Origin: Rhizobacter sp.
GTDB lineage: Bacteria; Pseudomonadota; Gammaproteobacteria; Burkholderiales; Burkholderiaceae_C
Length of the DNA: 59,993 nucleotides
NCBI GenBank assembly: GCA_017881025.1
Contig: JADGRJ010000001.1
Coordinates: 1 to 59,993 of the forward strand
Direction: 5' to 3'
Position numbers and translations under genes: made by a program. The stretch's first letter is position 1, and each line of letters starts with the position of its first letter. Of the stretch, positions 1 to 10,660 are shown piece after piece. The notes beneath the pieces are model-generated. The model did no database searches and was not told where the DNA came from. It saw only the letters and a program-made list of their open reading frames with translations.

Positions 1-1303
1 TGCGGATGTCGACGTCGTCGTCGGTGACGACGATGAACTTGGTGTACATGAACTGGCGCAGAAAGCTCCAGACACCGAACATGACGCGCTTGGCGTGGCC
101 GGGGTACTGCTTCCTGATGCTGACGATCGCCATCCGGTAGCTGCAGCCCTCGGGCGGCAGGTAGAAGTCGACGATCTCGGGAAACTGCTTCTGCAGGATC
201 GGCACGAAGACCTCGTTCAGCGCCACGCCGAGCACCGCCGGCTCGTCGGGTGGCTTGCCGGTGTAGGTCGAGTGATAGATCGGGTCGCGCCGGTGCGTCA
301 TCCGCCCGATCTCGAACACCGGGAACCAGTCGGGCTCGTTGTAATAGCCGGTGTGGTCGCCGAACGGGCCTTCGAGGGCGTGCAGGTAGCCGCCGATCTC
401 GCGCGTCGGCACGCCGAGCTCGCTCGTCCCCGTGAAGCCGGGCGCTGCGACCGGGATGTGGCCCTCGAAGACGAGCTCGGCGCTCGCCGGCACCTGGAGG
501 AAGACGCCGGCGTCGCCGACGGCGCAGTCGGTCACCTCGGTCCGGCTGCCGCGCAGCAGCCCGGCGAACTGGTATTCCGAGAGAGTGTCGGGCACGGGGG
601 TGACGGCGCCGAGCATCGTCGCCGGGTCGGCACCGAGCGCAACCGCGAGGGGAAACGGCTCACCGGGGCGGGCCGTTGCGAACTCGCGGAAGTCGAGCGC
701 CCCGCCGCGATGGGCGAGCCATCGCATGATCACCTGGTGCCGGCCGATGACCTGCTGACGATAGATGCCGAGGTTCTGGCGCAGGCGCGATCCCGGCAGG
801 CCTTGCGGCCCGCGGGTGACGACGAGGCCCCACGTGATCAGCGGCCCGGCGTCGTCGGGCCAGCATGTCTGGACCGGCAGCCGGCCGAGATCGATCTCAT
901 CGCTCGGGATTTCGACCTCGCGGCAGGCCGGGCGCGGCGTCGAGACTGGCCGCATCGTCCACAGCGTCCTCGCCATTTGTAACAAACGGCCTGCGTCACG
1001 CAGCCCCTTCGGCGGCTCGGGCTCCTTCAGGTTGGCAAGCAGGACACCGATGTCGCGCAGCCCGCTCACCTCGGTGGCGCCCATCGCCTTGGCGACCCGA
1101 TCTGTGGTTCCGAAGAGATTGGCGAGGACCGGAATTGTGTAACCGACGGGCTTTTCGAAGATAAGTGCCGGGCCGCCGTTCCTCAGGACGAAGTCACCGA
1201 CCGCTGTCATCTCAAGCCGCGTGGAGACTGGCTCTGCGACCCGTACCAAGTCGCCTTCGGCCTCCAGCGAGCTCAGGAAATGGCGCAAATCCGAATATTC
1301 CAT
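1..1303 (-). CDS. ubiD: UbiD family decarboxylase (3-octaprenyl-4-hydroxybenzoate carboxy-lyase), 3' end runs off window
   Basis: Not in the ORF track. Manual translation from ATG at 1303 gives [22 protein letters not shown]...[24 protein letters not shown]; later [11 protein letters not shown] and [25 protein letters not shown] motifs typical of UbiD. Confidence 0.95.
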   Translation of the reverse strand, partial: MEYSDLRHFLSSLEAEGDLVRVAEPVSTRLEMTAVGDFVLRNGGPALIFEKPVGYTIPVLANLFGTTDRVAKAMGATEVSGLRDIGVLLANLKEPEPPKGLRDAGRLLQMARTLWTMRPVSTPRPACREVEIPSDEIDLGRLPVQTCWPDDAGPLITWGLVVTRGPQGLPGSRLRQNLGIYRQQVIGRHQVIMRWLAHRGGALDFREFATARPGEPFPLAVALGADPATMLGAVTPVPDTLSEYQFAGLLRGSRTEVTDCAVGDAGVFLQVPASAELVFEGHIPVAAPGFTGTSELGVPTREIGGYLHALEGPFGDHTGYYNEPDWFPVFEIGRMTHRRDPIYHSTYTGKPPDEPAVLGVALNEVFVPILQKQFPEIVDFYLPPEGCSYRMAIVSIRKQYPGHAKRVMFGVWSFLRQFMYTKFIVVTDDDVDIR

Positions 1304-1521
1304 ACGAAATCGCTATAAGAGATGCCAGGACAAGTGTTGACCAGGAATTAAAGCGATTCCTAGAATCGCGCCGTTTTCGCGGCTGCCTTGCCTTCCCGGC
1401 GGGGTCCGGCCGAAAGCGGTTCTGCGGACCTCGCGTCGGCTCGACCCGTGCGAATTATCCCCGTGCGCCGGCCTTCCCCTGAGACAGGCCGGGCAAGGCG
1501 GTCGAATTGGAAGTGAGAGCC

Positions 1522-2445
1522 ATGACTTCATTGACGCAGGTCTGTTCGCTTGCCCGCTCCTGGCGGACCGCGGCCGCCCGCTCGGGAGCCGTTTTTTTGC
1601 GCGACGCCGGTCACGGCCTGCTTGAGGTCGGCCACAACTCGCTGGCGCTGTTCGGCCTGCTGATCGTCGGCATCGCCCTGTTCGCGTCGAGCCGCTCCGA
1701 CATCCGGCACGCCGTCGAGGCGCAGACGCTGAGCTGGCTGCAGGCGCGCCACGAGGCCCGCTGGCAGGCGACCGCGGACCCCCAAGCCGAGCCTGACTTG
1801 GGCGAGCCCGACGCGATCCTGCGCGCGACTGCGTCCGACCCGCGCGACCTGAGCCGCGCCCAGGCGTCGGTCGCGCTCTGGCTGTCGCGCCGCTATCACG
1901 TCGCCCCCGAGCCGGTCAGCCGCCTGGTCCAGGAGGCCTGGACGGTCGGCGCGCTGGTCGACCTCGACCCCACCCTGATCCTCGCCGTGATGGCCGTCGA
2001 ATCGAGCTTCAACCCGTTCGCCCAGAGCCCGGTCGGCGCGCAGGGGCTGATGCAGGTGATGACCAAGCTCCACGACGACAAGTACGAGGCGTTCGGCGGC
2101 AGCCACGCCGCCTTCGACCCGGTCACCAACCTGCGGGTCGGCGTCCAGGTGCTGAAGGAGTGCATCGCCCGAACCGGCAGCCTCGAGGCGGGCCTGCGCT
2201 CCTACGTCGGCGCCGGCAACTCCGGCGAGGATGGCGGCTACGCCGCGAAGGTCCTGTCCCAGCAGAGCATCCTTCGCCAGGTCGCCAGCGGCGGCAAGGT
2301 CCGCACGACCGCGTCGGCCGCGCCGGCGCCGCGGGCGCGTCCGACCGCCGATGCCGCCGCGCCTGCGACCACGACGTCCGAGCCGCAGGTCGTCACGCCG
2401 GCCGATCCCACGCCGGCGCCCGAAAAGATCGCCCTCTTGCACTGA
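1522..2445 (+). CDS. Lytic transglycosylase (SLT domain) with N-terminal TM segment
   Basis: AVMAVESSFNPFAQSPVGAQGLMQV and FDPVTNLRVG SLT motifs. Confidence 0.9.
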   Translation: MTSLTQVCSLARSWRTAAARSGAVFLRDAGHGLLEVGHNSLALFGLLIVGIALFASSRSDIRHAVEAQTLSWLQARHEARWQATADPQAEPDLGEPDAILRATASDPRDLSRAQASVALWLSRRYHVAPEPVSRLVQEAWTVGALVDLDPTLILAVMAVESSFNPFAQSPVGAQGLMQVMTKLHDDKYEAFGGSHAAFDPVTNLRVGVQVLKECIARTGSLEAGLRSYVGAGNSGEDGGYAAKVLSQQSILRQVASGGKVRTTASAAPAPRARPTADAAAPATTTSEPQVVTPADPTPAPEKIALLH

Positions 2446-2508
2446 CGAGCGCCGCTGATCGGTGCTCTGCGGGTCTCGCGCGACGACCCGCTCCGCTACA
2501 CTGACGGC

Positions 2509-2618
2509 GCCGTGCGACTGGCGATGCGGCTCCGTCATGGAGCCCGAGGTGGGTCACCACCGGGAAGCACGGTCGGCACCTGCGTCGCTCGTGTCGGTCG
2601 AGCCGTTCGCCTGGGCCG
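2509..2618 (+). ncRNA. ZTP (pfl) riboswitch upstream of glyA
   Basis: CGTGCGACTGGCGA...GGTGGGTCACCACCGGGAAGCACGG...GCCGTTCGCCTGGGC matches the pfl consensus, including the TGGCG/CGCCTGGGC pseudoknot elements; sits before a folate/one-carbon gene. Confidence 0.92.
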
Positions 2619-2672
2619 CCCCGCGAGCCGTCGCATTCGATTCGCGCGGATTGCCTTGAAGGACGGCCCTCC

Positions 2673-3923
2673 ATGTTCGATCGCACCACTTCCACCCTGG
2701 CCCACGTCGATCCCGAGATCGCCGCGGCGATCGCCGCCGAGAACCGGCGCCAGGAAGAGCACATCGAGCTCATCGCATCGGAGAATTACGCGTCGCCGGC
2801 GGTGATGGCGGCGCAGGGAAGCCAGCTCACCAACAAGTACGCCGAGGGCTATCCCGGCAAGCGCTACTACGGCGGCTGCGAGTTCGTCGACGTCGTCGAG
2901 CAGCTCGCCATCGACCGCGTCAAGAAGCTCTTCGGCGCGCAGTACGCCAACGTCCAGGCCAATTCCGGCTCACAGGCGAACCAGGCCGTCTTCTTCGGCC
3001 TGATCCAGCCCGGCGACACGATCATGGGGATGAGCCTCGCCGAAGGCGGCCACCTCACCCACGGCATGGCGCTCAACATGAGCGGCAAGTGGTTCAAGGT
3101 CGTGAGCTACGGGCTCACCGCGGCCGAGGAGATCGACTACGACGCGATGGAGCGGCTCGCCCACGAAACGCGGCCCAAGCTCATCATCGCCGGCGCGTCG
3201 GCGTACAGCCTGAAGATCGACTTCGCCCGCTTCGCGCAGGTCGCCAAGGACGTCGGCGCCTGGTTCATGGTCGACATGGCGCACTACGCCGGGCTGATCG
3301 CGGCGGGCGTCTACCCGAATCCGCTGCCGCACGCCCACGTCGTCACCTCGACGACGCACAAGAGCCTGCGCGGCCCGCGCGGCGGCATCGTCCTGATGAA
3401 CGACGAGGCGGTCGCCAAGAAGATCAACAGCGCGATCTTCCCCGGCATCCAGGGCGGACCGCTGATGCACGTGATCGCCGCCAAGGCGGTGGCGTTCCAG
3501 GAAGCGCTCGCGCCCGAGTTCAAGACCTACCAGCAGCAGGTCGCGAAGAACGCCGTCGTCCTCGCCGAGACGCTCGCCGAGCGGGGCCTGCGCATCGTCA
3601 GCGGCCGCACCGAGAGCCACGTCATGCTCGTCGACCTGCGGCCGAAGGGAATCACCGGCAAGGAAGCCGAGACAGTGCTGCAGTCGGCGCACATGACGTG
3701 CAACAAGAACGGCATCCCCAACGATCCGCAAAAGCCGATGGTGACGAGCGGCATCCGCCTCGGCACGCCGGCGCTGACGACGCGCGGCTTCGGCGAGAGC
3801 GAGACGCGCCAGACCGCGCACCTCATCGCCGACGTGCTCGACCGGCCGAACGACGAGGCCAACATCGCCGCGGTGCGCGCCAAGGTCGCGACGCTGACTC
3901 GAGACTTCCCGGTCTACCGGTAG
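2673..3923 (+). CDS. glyA: Serine hydroxymethyltransferase
   Basis: [40 protein letters not shown]-lysine motif. Confidence 0.99.
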   Translation: MFDRTTSTLAHVDPEIAAAIAAENRRQEEHIELIASENYASPAVMAAQGSQLTNKYAEGYPGKRYYGGCEFVDVVEQLAIDRVKKLFGAQYANVQANSGSQANQAVFFGLIQPGDTIMGMSLAEGGHLTHGMALNMSGKWFKVVSYGLTAAEEIDYDAMERLAHETRPKLIIAGASAYSLKIDFARFAQVAKDVGAWFMVDMAHYAGLIAAGVYPNPLPHAHVVTSTTHKSLRGPRGGIVLMNDEAVAKKINSAIFPGIQGGPLMHVIAAKAVAFQEALAPEFKTYQQQVAKNAVVLAETLAERGLRIVSGRTESHVMLVDLRPKGITGKEAETVLQSAHMTCNKNGIPNDPQKPMVTSGIRLGTPALTTRGFGESETRQTAHLIADVLDRPNDEANIAAVRAKVATLTRDFPVYR

Positions 3924-3969
3924 ACCTTGAAGGGGTCGCGCCCGCGACCCCGCTGTCCTTCCAACATCC

Positions 3970-4413
3970 ATGCGCTGCCCTTTCTGTAGCCACGAGGACA
4001 CCCAGGTCGTCGAGACGCGCGATTCCGACGAGGGCGACGTCGTCCGCCGGCGCCGCCGCTGCCAGAGCTGCGACAAGCGCTTCACGACCTACGAGCACGC
4101 CGAGATCGCGCTGCCGTCGGTCGTCAAGAAGGATGGCACGCGCGCCGAGTTCGATCCGGCCAAGATCCGCGCGTCGATGACGCTCGCCCTGCGCAAGCGC
4201 CCGGTCAGCGTCGAGCAGATCGACGCCGCGATCGAGCGCATCCAGGACAAGCTCCTCAACAGCGGCGCGAAGGAAGTGCTATCGGCCAAGCTCGGCGAGC
4301 ACGTCATGCGCGAGCTCAAGCGGATCGACAAGGTCGCCTACGTGCGCTTCGCGTCGGTCTATCGCAGCTTCGAGGACGTCGACGAGTTCAGGCAGCTGAT
4401 CCGGGACATCTGA
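3970..4413 (+). CDS. nrdR: Transcriptional repressor NrdR
   Basis: MRCPFC...[16 protein letters not shown] zinc ribbon, ATP cone, [13 protein letters not shown]. Confidence 0.99.
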   Translation: MRCPFCSHEDTQVVETRDSDEGDVVRRRRRCQSCDKRFTTYEHAEIALPSVVKKDGTRAEFDPAKIRASMTLALRKRPVSVEQIDAAIERIQDKLLNSGAKEVLSAKLGEHVMRELKRIDKVAYVRFASVYRSFEDVDEFRQLIRDI

Positions 4414-4507
4414 CCGCTCCCCCCGAGGGACCCCCACCGGGCGGACCCCCGGCGTTTCCCCTCCCGAGGGATCGCTTTCGAAGCGCTGCGTTCCTACAGT
4501 GCTTCGC

Positions 4508-5065
4508 ATGGCAACGACGCACGACGCACACGACACCGGCAAGAACCGGCAGCACGGATTGACCTTGCTCGAGGTCGCGATCGTCGTCGCCATCACGGCG
4601 ATCGGCGCCGCCGCCGCGGCGCCATCGTTCACCGCCCTGATCGACGCGCGTCGCCTCGACAGCGCCGCGACGCGCCTCGCCGCCGACATCCAGCTTGCGC
4701 GCAGCGAGGCGATCGCGCGCAACCGGTCGCTTCGCCTCAGCGTGTTGACCGGCGCGGACGCGAGCTGCTGGATCGTCCACAGCGGCGCGGCGGCCGACTG
4801 CCGCTGCAGCAGCGATGCCGGCGCCGTGTGCGGCGGCGGCGCGCGCGCGCTCAAGGGCGTCGTCCTGCCGGGCAACGAGCGGATCGGCGTCACCGCCAAT
4901 GTCGCCTCGATCGTCTTCGACCCGCTGCACGGGACGAGCACGCCGACCGGCACGCTGCGCCTCGTCGGTGCGCGCGGCGGCGCGGTCCATCACGTCGTCA
5001 ACGTCGTCGGCCGGGTGCGTTCGTGCTCGCCCGACGGCGCCGTGCCCGGCTATTCGCCTTGCTGA
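4508..5065 (+). CDS. fimT: GspH/FimT family minor pilin
   Basis: Prepilin motif G-LTLLEVAIVV, ARSEAIARN, C-terminal GRVR. Confidence 0.85.
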   Translation: MATTHDAHDTGKNRQHGLTLLEVAIVVAITAIGAAAAAPSFTALIDARRLDSAATRLAADIQLARSEAIARNRSLRLSVLTGADASCWIVHSGAAADCRCSSDAGAVCGGGARALKGVVLPGNERIGVTANVASIVFDPLHGTSTPTGTLRLVGARGGAVHHVVNVVGRVRSCSPDGAVPGYSPC

Positions 5066-5082
5066 TCCACGAAGGAACGCCC

Positions 5083-5559
5083 ATGAACCCGACCCCTCGC
5101 CACCCTGCGGCACGCTTCGCCCATCGCGCCCGGCGCGCCGCCGGCTTCACGCTGATCGAGACGATGGTCACGATCGGCATCGCCGGCGTGCTCTCGAGCG
5201 TCGCCTACCCGAGCCTCGAAGGCCAGGTGATGCGGGCGCGCCGCACCGACGCGCTGGTCGCCCTCATGCAGGCGCAGCTCGCGCAGGAGCGCTTTCGCGC
5301 CAACAACGCGAGCTACGGCAGCCTCGCCGAGACCGGCGTGCGAGCGACGTCGCCGGCAGGCCACTATCGGATCGAAGTGGCGTCGGTCGGCGCCGCGGGC
5401 TACGAGCTGCTCGCGTCCGCCGTCGCGGGCCAGACGCGCGACGCCAGATGCCGTCACTTGCGCCTGGCGCTCGTCGACGCCGCGCTCACGTACGCATCGG
5501 GGAGCGACGCGACGTCGTCGAATCCCGCCGACGTCAACCGCGCGTGCTGGAGCCGGTGA
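5083..5559 (+). CDS. pilE: Type IV minor pilin PilE-like
   Basis: GFTLIETMVTIGIAGVLSSVAYPS, RARRTDA, C-terminal disulfide ending CW. Confidence 0.85.
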   Translation: MNPTPRHPAARFAHRARRAAGFTLIETMVTIGIAGVLSSVAYPSLEGQVMRARRTDALVALMQAQLAQERFRANNASYGSLAETGVRATSPAGHYRIEVASVGAAGYELLASAVAGQTRDARCRHLRLALVDAALTYASGSDATSSNPADVNRACWSR

Positions 5560-6230
5560 TGGCGCGCCGTCGCGAGCGCGGCCTCTCGCTGGTCGAGCTG
5601 ATGGTCGGCGCGGCGATCGGCCTGATCGTCGTCGCCGCCGCCGGCAGCGTCGTCGCCGCGCACGCGGTCGCGGCGCGGCGGGTGCAGCTCGAGGCTCGCC
5701 TCATGCAGGACCTGCGCGGCGCGGCCGAGCTCGTCGGCCGCGATCTGCGCCGGGCCGGCCATTGGGCCGCCGCGGCGTCGGGCGTGCGCAGGGGCGACGA
5801 GCCGGTCGCCGTCAATCCGCACGCCGCGGTGGCGCCGGCGAGCGCCGCCGCAGGCGTCGTCGAGATCAGCTTCTCGACCGGTGCGGATGATGCGACAAGC
5901 GTCGACGACAGCGAACGGTTCGGCTTTCGTCTCCGCAACGGCGCGATCGAGATGCAGCTCGGCACGCGCAACTGGCAGGCGCTGAGCGATCCGGCGACCG
6001 TCGTCGTCACGTCGTTCAGCGTCGTCCCGCGCGTCGATGAAGCCGACCTCGCCACGTTCTGCGCCAAGGCGTGCGCCGCCGGCAGCACGACCTGCCCGCC
6101 GCGTCAGCAGATCCGCAGCTACGCGATCAGCGTCGCCGGCCGCTCGGCGATCGACCCGCTGGTGACGCGCGAATTGCGCAGCGCCGTTCGCGTCCGCAAC
6201 GACGTCGTCGTCGGCAGCTGCGAGGCATGA
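5559..6230 (+). CDS. pilW: Type IV minor pilin PilW-like
   Basis: ATG overlaps the pilE stop (TGATG); RGLSLVELMVG, RDLRRAG. Confidence 0.8.
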   Translation: MARRRERGLSLVELMVGAAIGLIVVAAAGSVVAAHAVAARRVQLEARLMQDLRGAAELVGRDLRRAGHWAAAASGVRRGDEPVAVNPHAAVAPASAAAGVVEISFSTGADDATSVDDSERFGFRLRNGAIEMQLGTRNWQALSDPATVVVTSFSVVPRVDEADLATFCAKACAAGSTTCPPRQQIRSYAISVAGRSAIDPLVTRELRSAVRVRNDVVVGSCEA

Positions 6231-7543
6231 CGGCCATGTCGCATCGCTCGCCCGGTCGCACGATGGCCCCATCGCTTCGCTCGCGGCGAGGCCAGCGCGG
6301 TGTCGCCGCGCTCTTCGTCACCGTCATGCTCTGCTTCGCGATGGTCCTCGCGGTCGCCGTCGCGCATCGCAACGTCGTCGTCGAGGAGCAGAGATCGGCG
6401 AACGAGCTGCACGCCGCGAGCGCCTTCGAGGCCGCCGAGGCGGGTCTCGAATGGGCGCTCGCGCGAATCAACGACCCGACCCGGACCGGCGCCGATTGCC
6501 TGCCAAGCGCCGACGGGGCGGCACTCTCGCTTCGCCAGCGCATGGTTCGCATCGACGTTCCCTCGGGCGACCTCGTCCCTCGGACCTGGAACGACGCTGG
6601 CACGCAGGCGCCGTTGCAGGCCGCATGCGTGCGCGGCGCCGCCGGCTGGACCTGCAGCTGCCCGGCGAGCGGCCGGCCCGTTCTGCCGGTGCTCGCCAGC
6701 GCCGCCATCGCGCCGGCATTCGTCGTCGAGCTCGCCGTGTCGCCCCGACCCGACGTCGTTCGCGTCGTCGCCACCGGCTGCACCCGCACCAGTGCCGGCG
6801 CGACGTGCGCGGCGAGCATCGACGCAGCCAGCGAAGCGACTGCCCGGCTCGAAGCCGCCTGGGCGCTGCTGCCCGCGCTGCGTGCCGCTCCGGCCGCGGC
6901 GCTGACGGTCCAGGGCGACGTCGATGTCGGCGCCGCCTCGCTCGGCGTTCACAACGTCGACGCCGCCAGCGGCGCTCTCGCCGTTCACGCCGGCGGCCGC
7001 ATCGCCGCCAGCGCGCTGCGGGTCGGCGCACCGCCCGGAGCTGCGCTCGGCGCATCGCTCGCCTCGGGCGACGCCGCCCTGCGCGCGCTGCCCGGCAACC
7101 GCTTCTTCGCGCGCACCTTCGGCATGGGCGCATCCGCGTGGGCGGCACAACCCGCGGCGCGCCGCATCGATTGCGCGAGCGACTGCGCTCGGGCGATCGA
7201 CACCGCGATCGTCACCGGCACGCGCCTCCTCGCCGTCGACGGCGACGCGACGATCAGCGGGCCGGCGACCTTCGGCAGCGTCGACGATCCGGTCGTCATC
7301 GTCGCCAGCGGCGCGCTGCGGATCTCGGGCGACGTCGCCGTTCACGGCGTCGTTCACGCCACGTCGCTCGAATGGAACGACGCGACTCCCGGCCGCGCCT
7401 TCGTTCGCGGCGCCGTGCTCGTTGGCGGCGGCTACCGCGGCAACGGCGCCGTCGATCTGCGTCGCGACGCGGCGGTGCTGGCGCGCCTGGCCTCCGGCAA
7501 CGGCAGCTTCGTTCGCGTCAACGGCAGCTGGAAGGACTTCTGA
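6227..7543 (+). CDS. pilX: PilX-like minor pilin with long C-terminal domain
   Basis: QRGVAALFVTVML (no Glu5), AFEAAEAGLEWA, terminal GSWKDF. Confidence 0.8.
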   Translation: MTAMSHRSPGRTMAPSLRSRRGQRGVAALFVTVMLCFAMVLAVAVAHRNVVVEEQRSANELHAASAFEAAEAGLEWALARINDPTRTGADCLPSADGAALSLRQRMVRIDVPSGDLVPRTWNDAGTQAPLQAACVRGAAGWTCSCPASGRPVLPVLASAAIAPAFVVELAVSPRPDVVRVVATGCTRTSAGATCAASIDAASEATARLEAAWALLPALRAAPAAALTVQGDVDVGAASLGVHNVDAASGALAVHAGGRIAASALRVGAPPGAALGASLASGDAALRALPGNRFFARTFGMGASAWAAQPAARRIDCASDCARAIDTAIVTGTRLLAVDGDATISGPATFGSVDDPVVIVASGALRISGDVAVHGVVHATSLEWNDATPGRAFVRGAVLVGGGYRGNGAVDLRRDAAVLARLASGNGSFVRVNGSWKDF

Positions 7544-7545
7544 CC

Positions 7546-8787
7546 ATGGGCTCGCCTCGCACCTCGACGTCGCCACGCCGGCGCCAGCGCGGCGTGAGTC
7601 TGCTCGAATCGCTCGTCGCCTTTGTTGTCCTCGCGCTCGGCACGGCCGCTGTCGCCCAGCTGCAAAGCCAGCTGCGCCTGGCCGGCGACGTCGCGCGCGA
7701 GCGCTCGGAGGCGCTCCGCCTCGGTCAGGAAGCGATCGAGGAGATGCGGTCGTTCGCCGCCCTCGATGGCGCGCCCGGACAACGCACGTACGCCGGCATC
7801 GCGAGCGGAGACGCGTCGATCGGCGCCGCGTCTTCGCCTTCGGCGCACGCCGACTACCGGATCGAGCGAAGCATCGACGACCTCGGCTTCGCCGCCACCA
7901 AGGCGACCCGCGTCGCCGTGCACTGGAGCGATCGCAGCGGCAGCGCGCGCGAAGTCGTTCTGCACTCGTTCATCGCGGGGATCGCCCCGGCGTATGCCGG
8001 CTCGCTCGCCCTCGCCGACGGTGCGATCGCCCGCGCACCGCGCGGCGCTTCCGAGCGCGCGCCGACCGTGCCGTTGACGGCGCGCAACCTCGGCGACGGT
8101 CGCAGCGCCTGGAAGCCGATCGAGCGCGGCCCGACCGCGCTGGTCTTCGACAACCGCAGCGGCGCCGTCGTCGGCCGCTGCGACGCCGTCGCCGCGACGA
8201 CGGCGACGCGCGACCTTTCGGCCGCGGCGCTGTCCGGGTGCGAGACCGGCCGCTGGCTGCTCGTCGCCGGGACGATCCGCTTCACCTCGACGACGCCGCC
8301 GGACCCGGCCGCCGCTCGCGAGCCGCCGCTCGCCACCACGATCGCGGTCGCGCTCCGCGACGGCGACTACCCGGCGCCGGCGGCGTGCTTCAGCGAAGCG
8401 AGGAAGACCGTGCGCTTTCTCGTCGACGGCAGCCTGCGCCTCGACGATGTCGCCGCCGACGCGACCCCTGCGTCGGCGGGTCGCGCCGGCTGGGACGACA
8501 CCGGCGATCGCTTCCTCGCCTGGCATTGCATCGTCACGCCGCGCGCCGACGGGCGCTGGTCGGGCCGGGTCGCGCTGGTCGCCGGCGGCTGGGCGATCGG
8601 CACCGGCGCCGACCAGCGTCGAGTCTGTCGCTTCGCCGAACCTGCGGGCCACGCGATCGATGCGAACATCGGGACTGCGGGCAACTTTGCCGATGTCGGC
8701 GGCGCGCTGCTCGGCCGCAACTTCCTCGTCGTCCGCGGCAGCGACGGGTGTCCGGGCGAGCCCCGAACCGAGCAGCACCAACCCTGA
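7546..8787 (+). CDS. PilV-like prepilin with large Cys-containing C-terminal extension
   Basis: QRGVSLLESLVAFVVLALG prepilin motif; 413 aa. Confidence 0.75.
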   Translation: MGSPRTSTSPRRRQRGVSLLESLVAFVVLALGTAAVAQLQSQLRLAGDVARERSEALRLGQEAIEEMRSFAALDGAPGQRTYAGIASGDASIGAASSPSAHADYRIERSIDDLGFAATKATRVAVHWSDRSGSAREVVLHSFIAGIAPAYAGSLALADGAIARAPRGASERAPTVPLTARNLGDGRSAWKPIERGPTALVFDNRSGAVVGRCDAVAATTATRDLSAAALSGCETGRWLLVAGTIRFTSTTPPDPAAAREPPLATTIAVALRDGDYPAPAACFSEARKTVRFLVDGSLRLDDVAADATPASAGRAGWDDTGDRFLAWHCIVTPRADGRWSGRVALVAGGWAIGTGADQRRVCRFAEPAGHAIDANIGTAGNFADVGGALLGRNFLVVRGSDGCPGEPRTEQHQP

Positions 8788-8813
8788 GCGAGACGGCAAC
8801 GAGCACGAAAGCG

Positions 8814-9926
8814 ATGACTGCGACTTCCTCGGCCGACGTGACGGCGCCGATGCGCGAGGCGCTCGCGCTCGCCGCCCATGCCGTGGGCCTGTCGGACCCG
8901 AACCCGCGCGTCGGCTGCGTCATCGTCGCCGCCGACGGCACGCTCGCCGGCCGCGGCCACACGCAGGAAGCGGGCGGCGCGCACGCCGAGGTCATGGCGC
9001 TGCGCGACGCCGCGGCGCGCGGCGTCGACGTCCGCGGCGCGACGGTCCACGTCACGCTCGAGCCGTGCTCGCACCACGGCCGCACGCCGCCGTGCGCCGA
9101 CGCGCTCGTCGCCGCCGGCGTCGGCCGGGTCGTGATCGCCCTGCGCGACCCGAACCCGCTCGTCTCCGGCCGCGGCGCGGCGCGCCTCGAGGCGGCCGGC
9201 ATCGCCGTCGAATGGGGCAGCGGCGGCGACGAATCGCGCGCGCTCAACATCGGCTTCGTCTCGCGCATGGAACGCGGCCGGCCGTGGCTCCGCCTGAAGG
9301 CGGCGGTCTCGCTCGACGGCCGCACGGCGCTCGCCGACGGCACCAGCCAGTGGATCACCGGCGAGGCGGCGCGCGCCGACGGCCACGCCTGGCGCAAGCG
9401 CGCGAGCGCCGTGCTCACCGGCGTCGGCACGGTGCGCGAGGACGATCCGCGCCTCGACGTTCGCCTGGTCGCAAGCGCGCGCCAGCCGTTGCGCGTGATC
9501 GTCGATTCGCGCCTCGAAACGCCGCCGACGGCGCGCATCGTCGCGCCACCGGGATCGGTGCTCGTCTATGCGGCGGTCGACGACGCGTCGCGCCGGCAAG
9601 CGCTCGAGGATCGCGGTGCCGAGGTCGTGCTGCTGCCCAATCCCACCGGCAAGGTCGATCTCGCGGCGATGCTCGCCGACCTCGGCCAGCGCGCCGTCAA
9701 CGAGCTCCACGTCGAAGCGGGCGAGAAGCTCAATGCCTCGCTGCTCGCCGCCGGCCTGGTCGACGAGCTGCTCGTCTATGTCGCGCCCCGCCTGATCGGC
9801 CCCGGCCGCGGCCTGGCGGCGCTCGCGCCGATCGCCCGCCTCGACGACGCCCTGGGCTTTTCGATCACGGCAATCGAGCGCGTCGGCGCCGACCTGCGCC
9901 TGCTGCTGCGGCCCACCCCGACGTGA
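8814..9926 (+). CDS. ribD: Riboflavin biosynthesis deaminase/reductase
   Basis: PNPRVGCV, HAEV, TLEPCSHHGRTPPCAD, SLDGRTA, VEAG. Confidence 0.97.
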   Translation: MTATSSADVTAPMREALALAAHAVGLSDPNPRVGCVIVAADGTLAGRGHTQEAGGAHAEVMALRDAAARGVDVRGATVHVTLEPCSHHGRTPPCADALVAAGVGRVVIALRDPNPLVSGRGAARLEAAGIAVEWGSGGDESRALNIGFVSRMERGRPWLRLKAAVSLDGRTALADGTSQWITGEAARADGHAWRKRASAVLTGVGTVREDDPRLDVRLVASARQPLRVIVDSRLETPPTARIVAPPGSVLVYAAVDDASRRQALEDRGAEVVLLPNPTGKVDLAAMLADLGQRAVNELHVEAGEKLNASLLAAGLVDELLVYVAPRLIGPGRGLAALAPIARLDDALGFSITAIERVGADLRLLLRPTPT

Positions 9927-9983
9927 GCGCAGCCTGACGCCTGCGCGACGGCGCCGCCGGCCGGCGGCGACGACAATCGACGC

Positions 9984-10616
9984 ATGTTCACCGGCATCGT
10001 CAGCGGCATCGGCCGAATCGTCGAAGTCCACGCGCTCGGCACCGACGCGTCGTTCGGCAACGCGCTGACGATCGAAGCACCGGCCGGATGGCTCGGCACG
10101 ACCGCGATCGGCGACAGCATCGCGCTCGCCGGCGCCTGCATGACCGTCATCTCGATCGACGCCGCGCACCATCGCTTCCAGGTCGAAGTCTCGGCCGAAA
10201 GCCTCGCCGCCACGCACGGCCTCGACGCCCCCGGCGAGGTGAACCTCGAGAAAGCCCTGCGCGCCGGCGACCGGCTCGATGGCCACCTCGTCAGCGGCCA
10301 CGTCGACGGCGTCGGCACGGTGACGAAGTTCGAGCGCGCCGGCGAATCGTGGCAGCTTCGCGTCGCTGCGCCGGCAGCGCTGGCGCGCTACCTCGCCCTG
10401 AAGGGCTCGATCGCCGTCGACGGCGTCAGCCTCACGGTCAATCGCGTCGTCGACGGCGACGGCGCGTGCGAGTTCAGCGTCAACCTGATTCCGCACACGG
10501 TCGAGCACACGACCTTGCACCGCCTCGCCGTCGGCCGCCGGGTCAATCTCGAGGTCGACCAGATCGCGCGCTACGTCGAGCGAATGCTCGCGAACACGAC
10601 TGCGCGCTCCGATTGA
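9984..10616 (+). CDS. ribE: Riboflavin synthase (alpha chain)
   Basis: MFTGIV start, VNLEKAL, GHLVSGHVDG, KGSIAVDGVSLTVN. Confidence 0.97.
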   Translation: MFTGIVSGIGRIVEVHALGTDASFGNALTIEAPAGWLGTTAIGDSIALAGACMTVISIDAAHHRFQVEVSAESLAATHGLDAPGEVNLEKALRAGDRLDGHLVSGHVDGVGTVTKFERAGESWQLRVAAPAALARYLALKGSIAVDGVSLTVNRVVDGDGACEFSVNLIPHTVEHTTLHRLAVGRRVNLEVDQIARYVERMLANTTARSD

Positions 10617-10660
10617 CCATCCCGGCGCACGCGCCGGCCCCGCCACCTACAATTTCAGGC

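Noticed and set aside
3931-3952. GGGGTCGCG-CC-CGCGACCCC hairpin after glyA
   Set aside because: No U tract; cannot be called an intrinsic terminator
4414-4498. Repeated CCCGAGGG and GGACCCCC motifs upstream of fimT
   Set aside because: Low complexity, irregular spacing, no supportable motif
6924-9926. Apparent 1000-aa RibD fusion, and similar N-terminal extensions on ribB, pilV, racemase, spy, porin and apbE ORFs
   Set aside because: The extensions overlap upstream genes in other frames; true starts are internal
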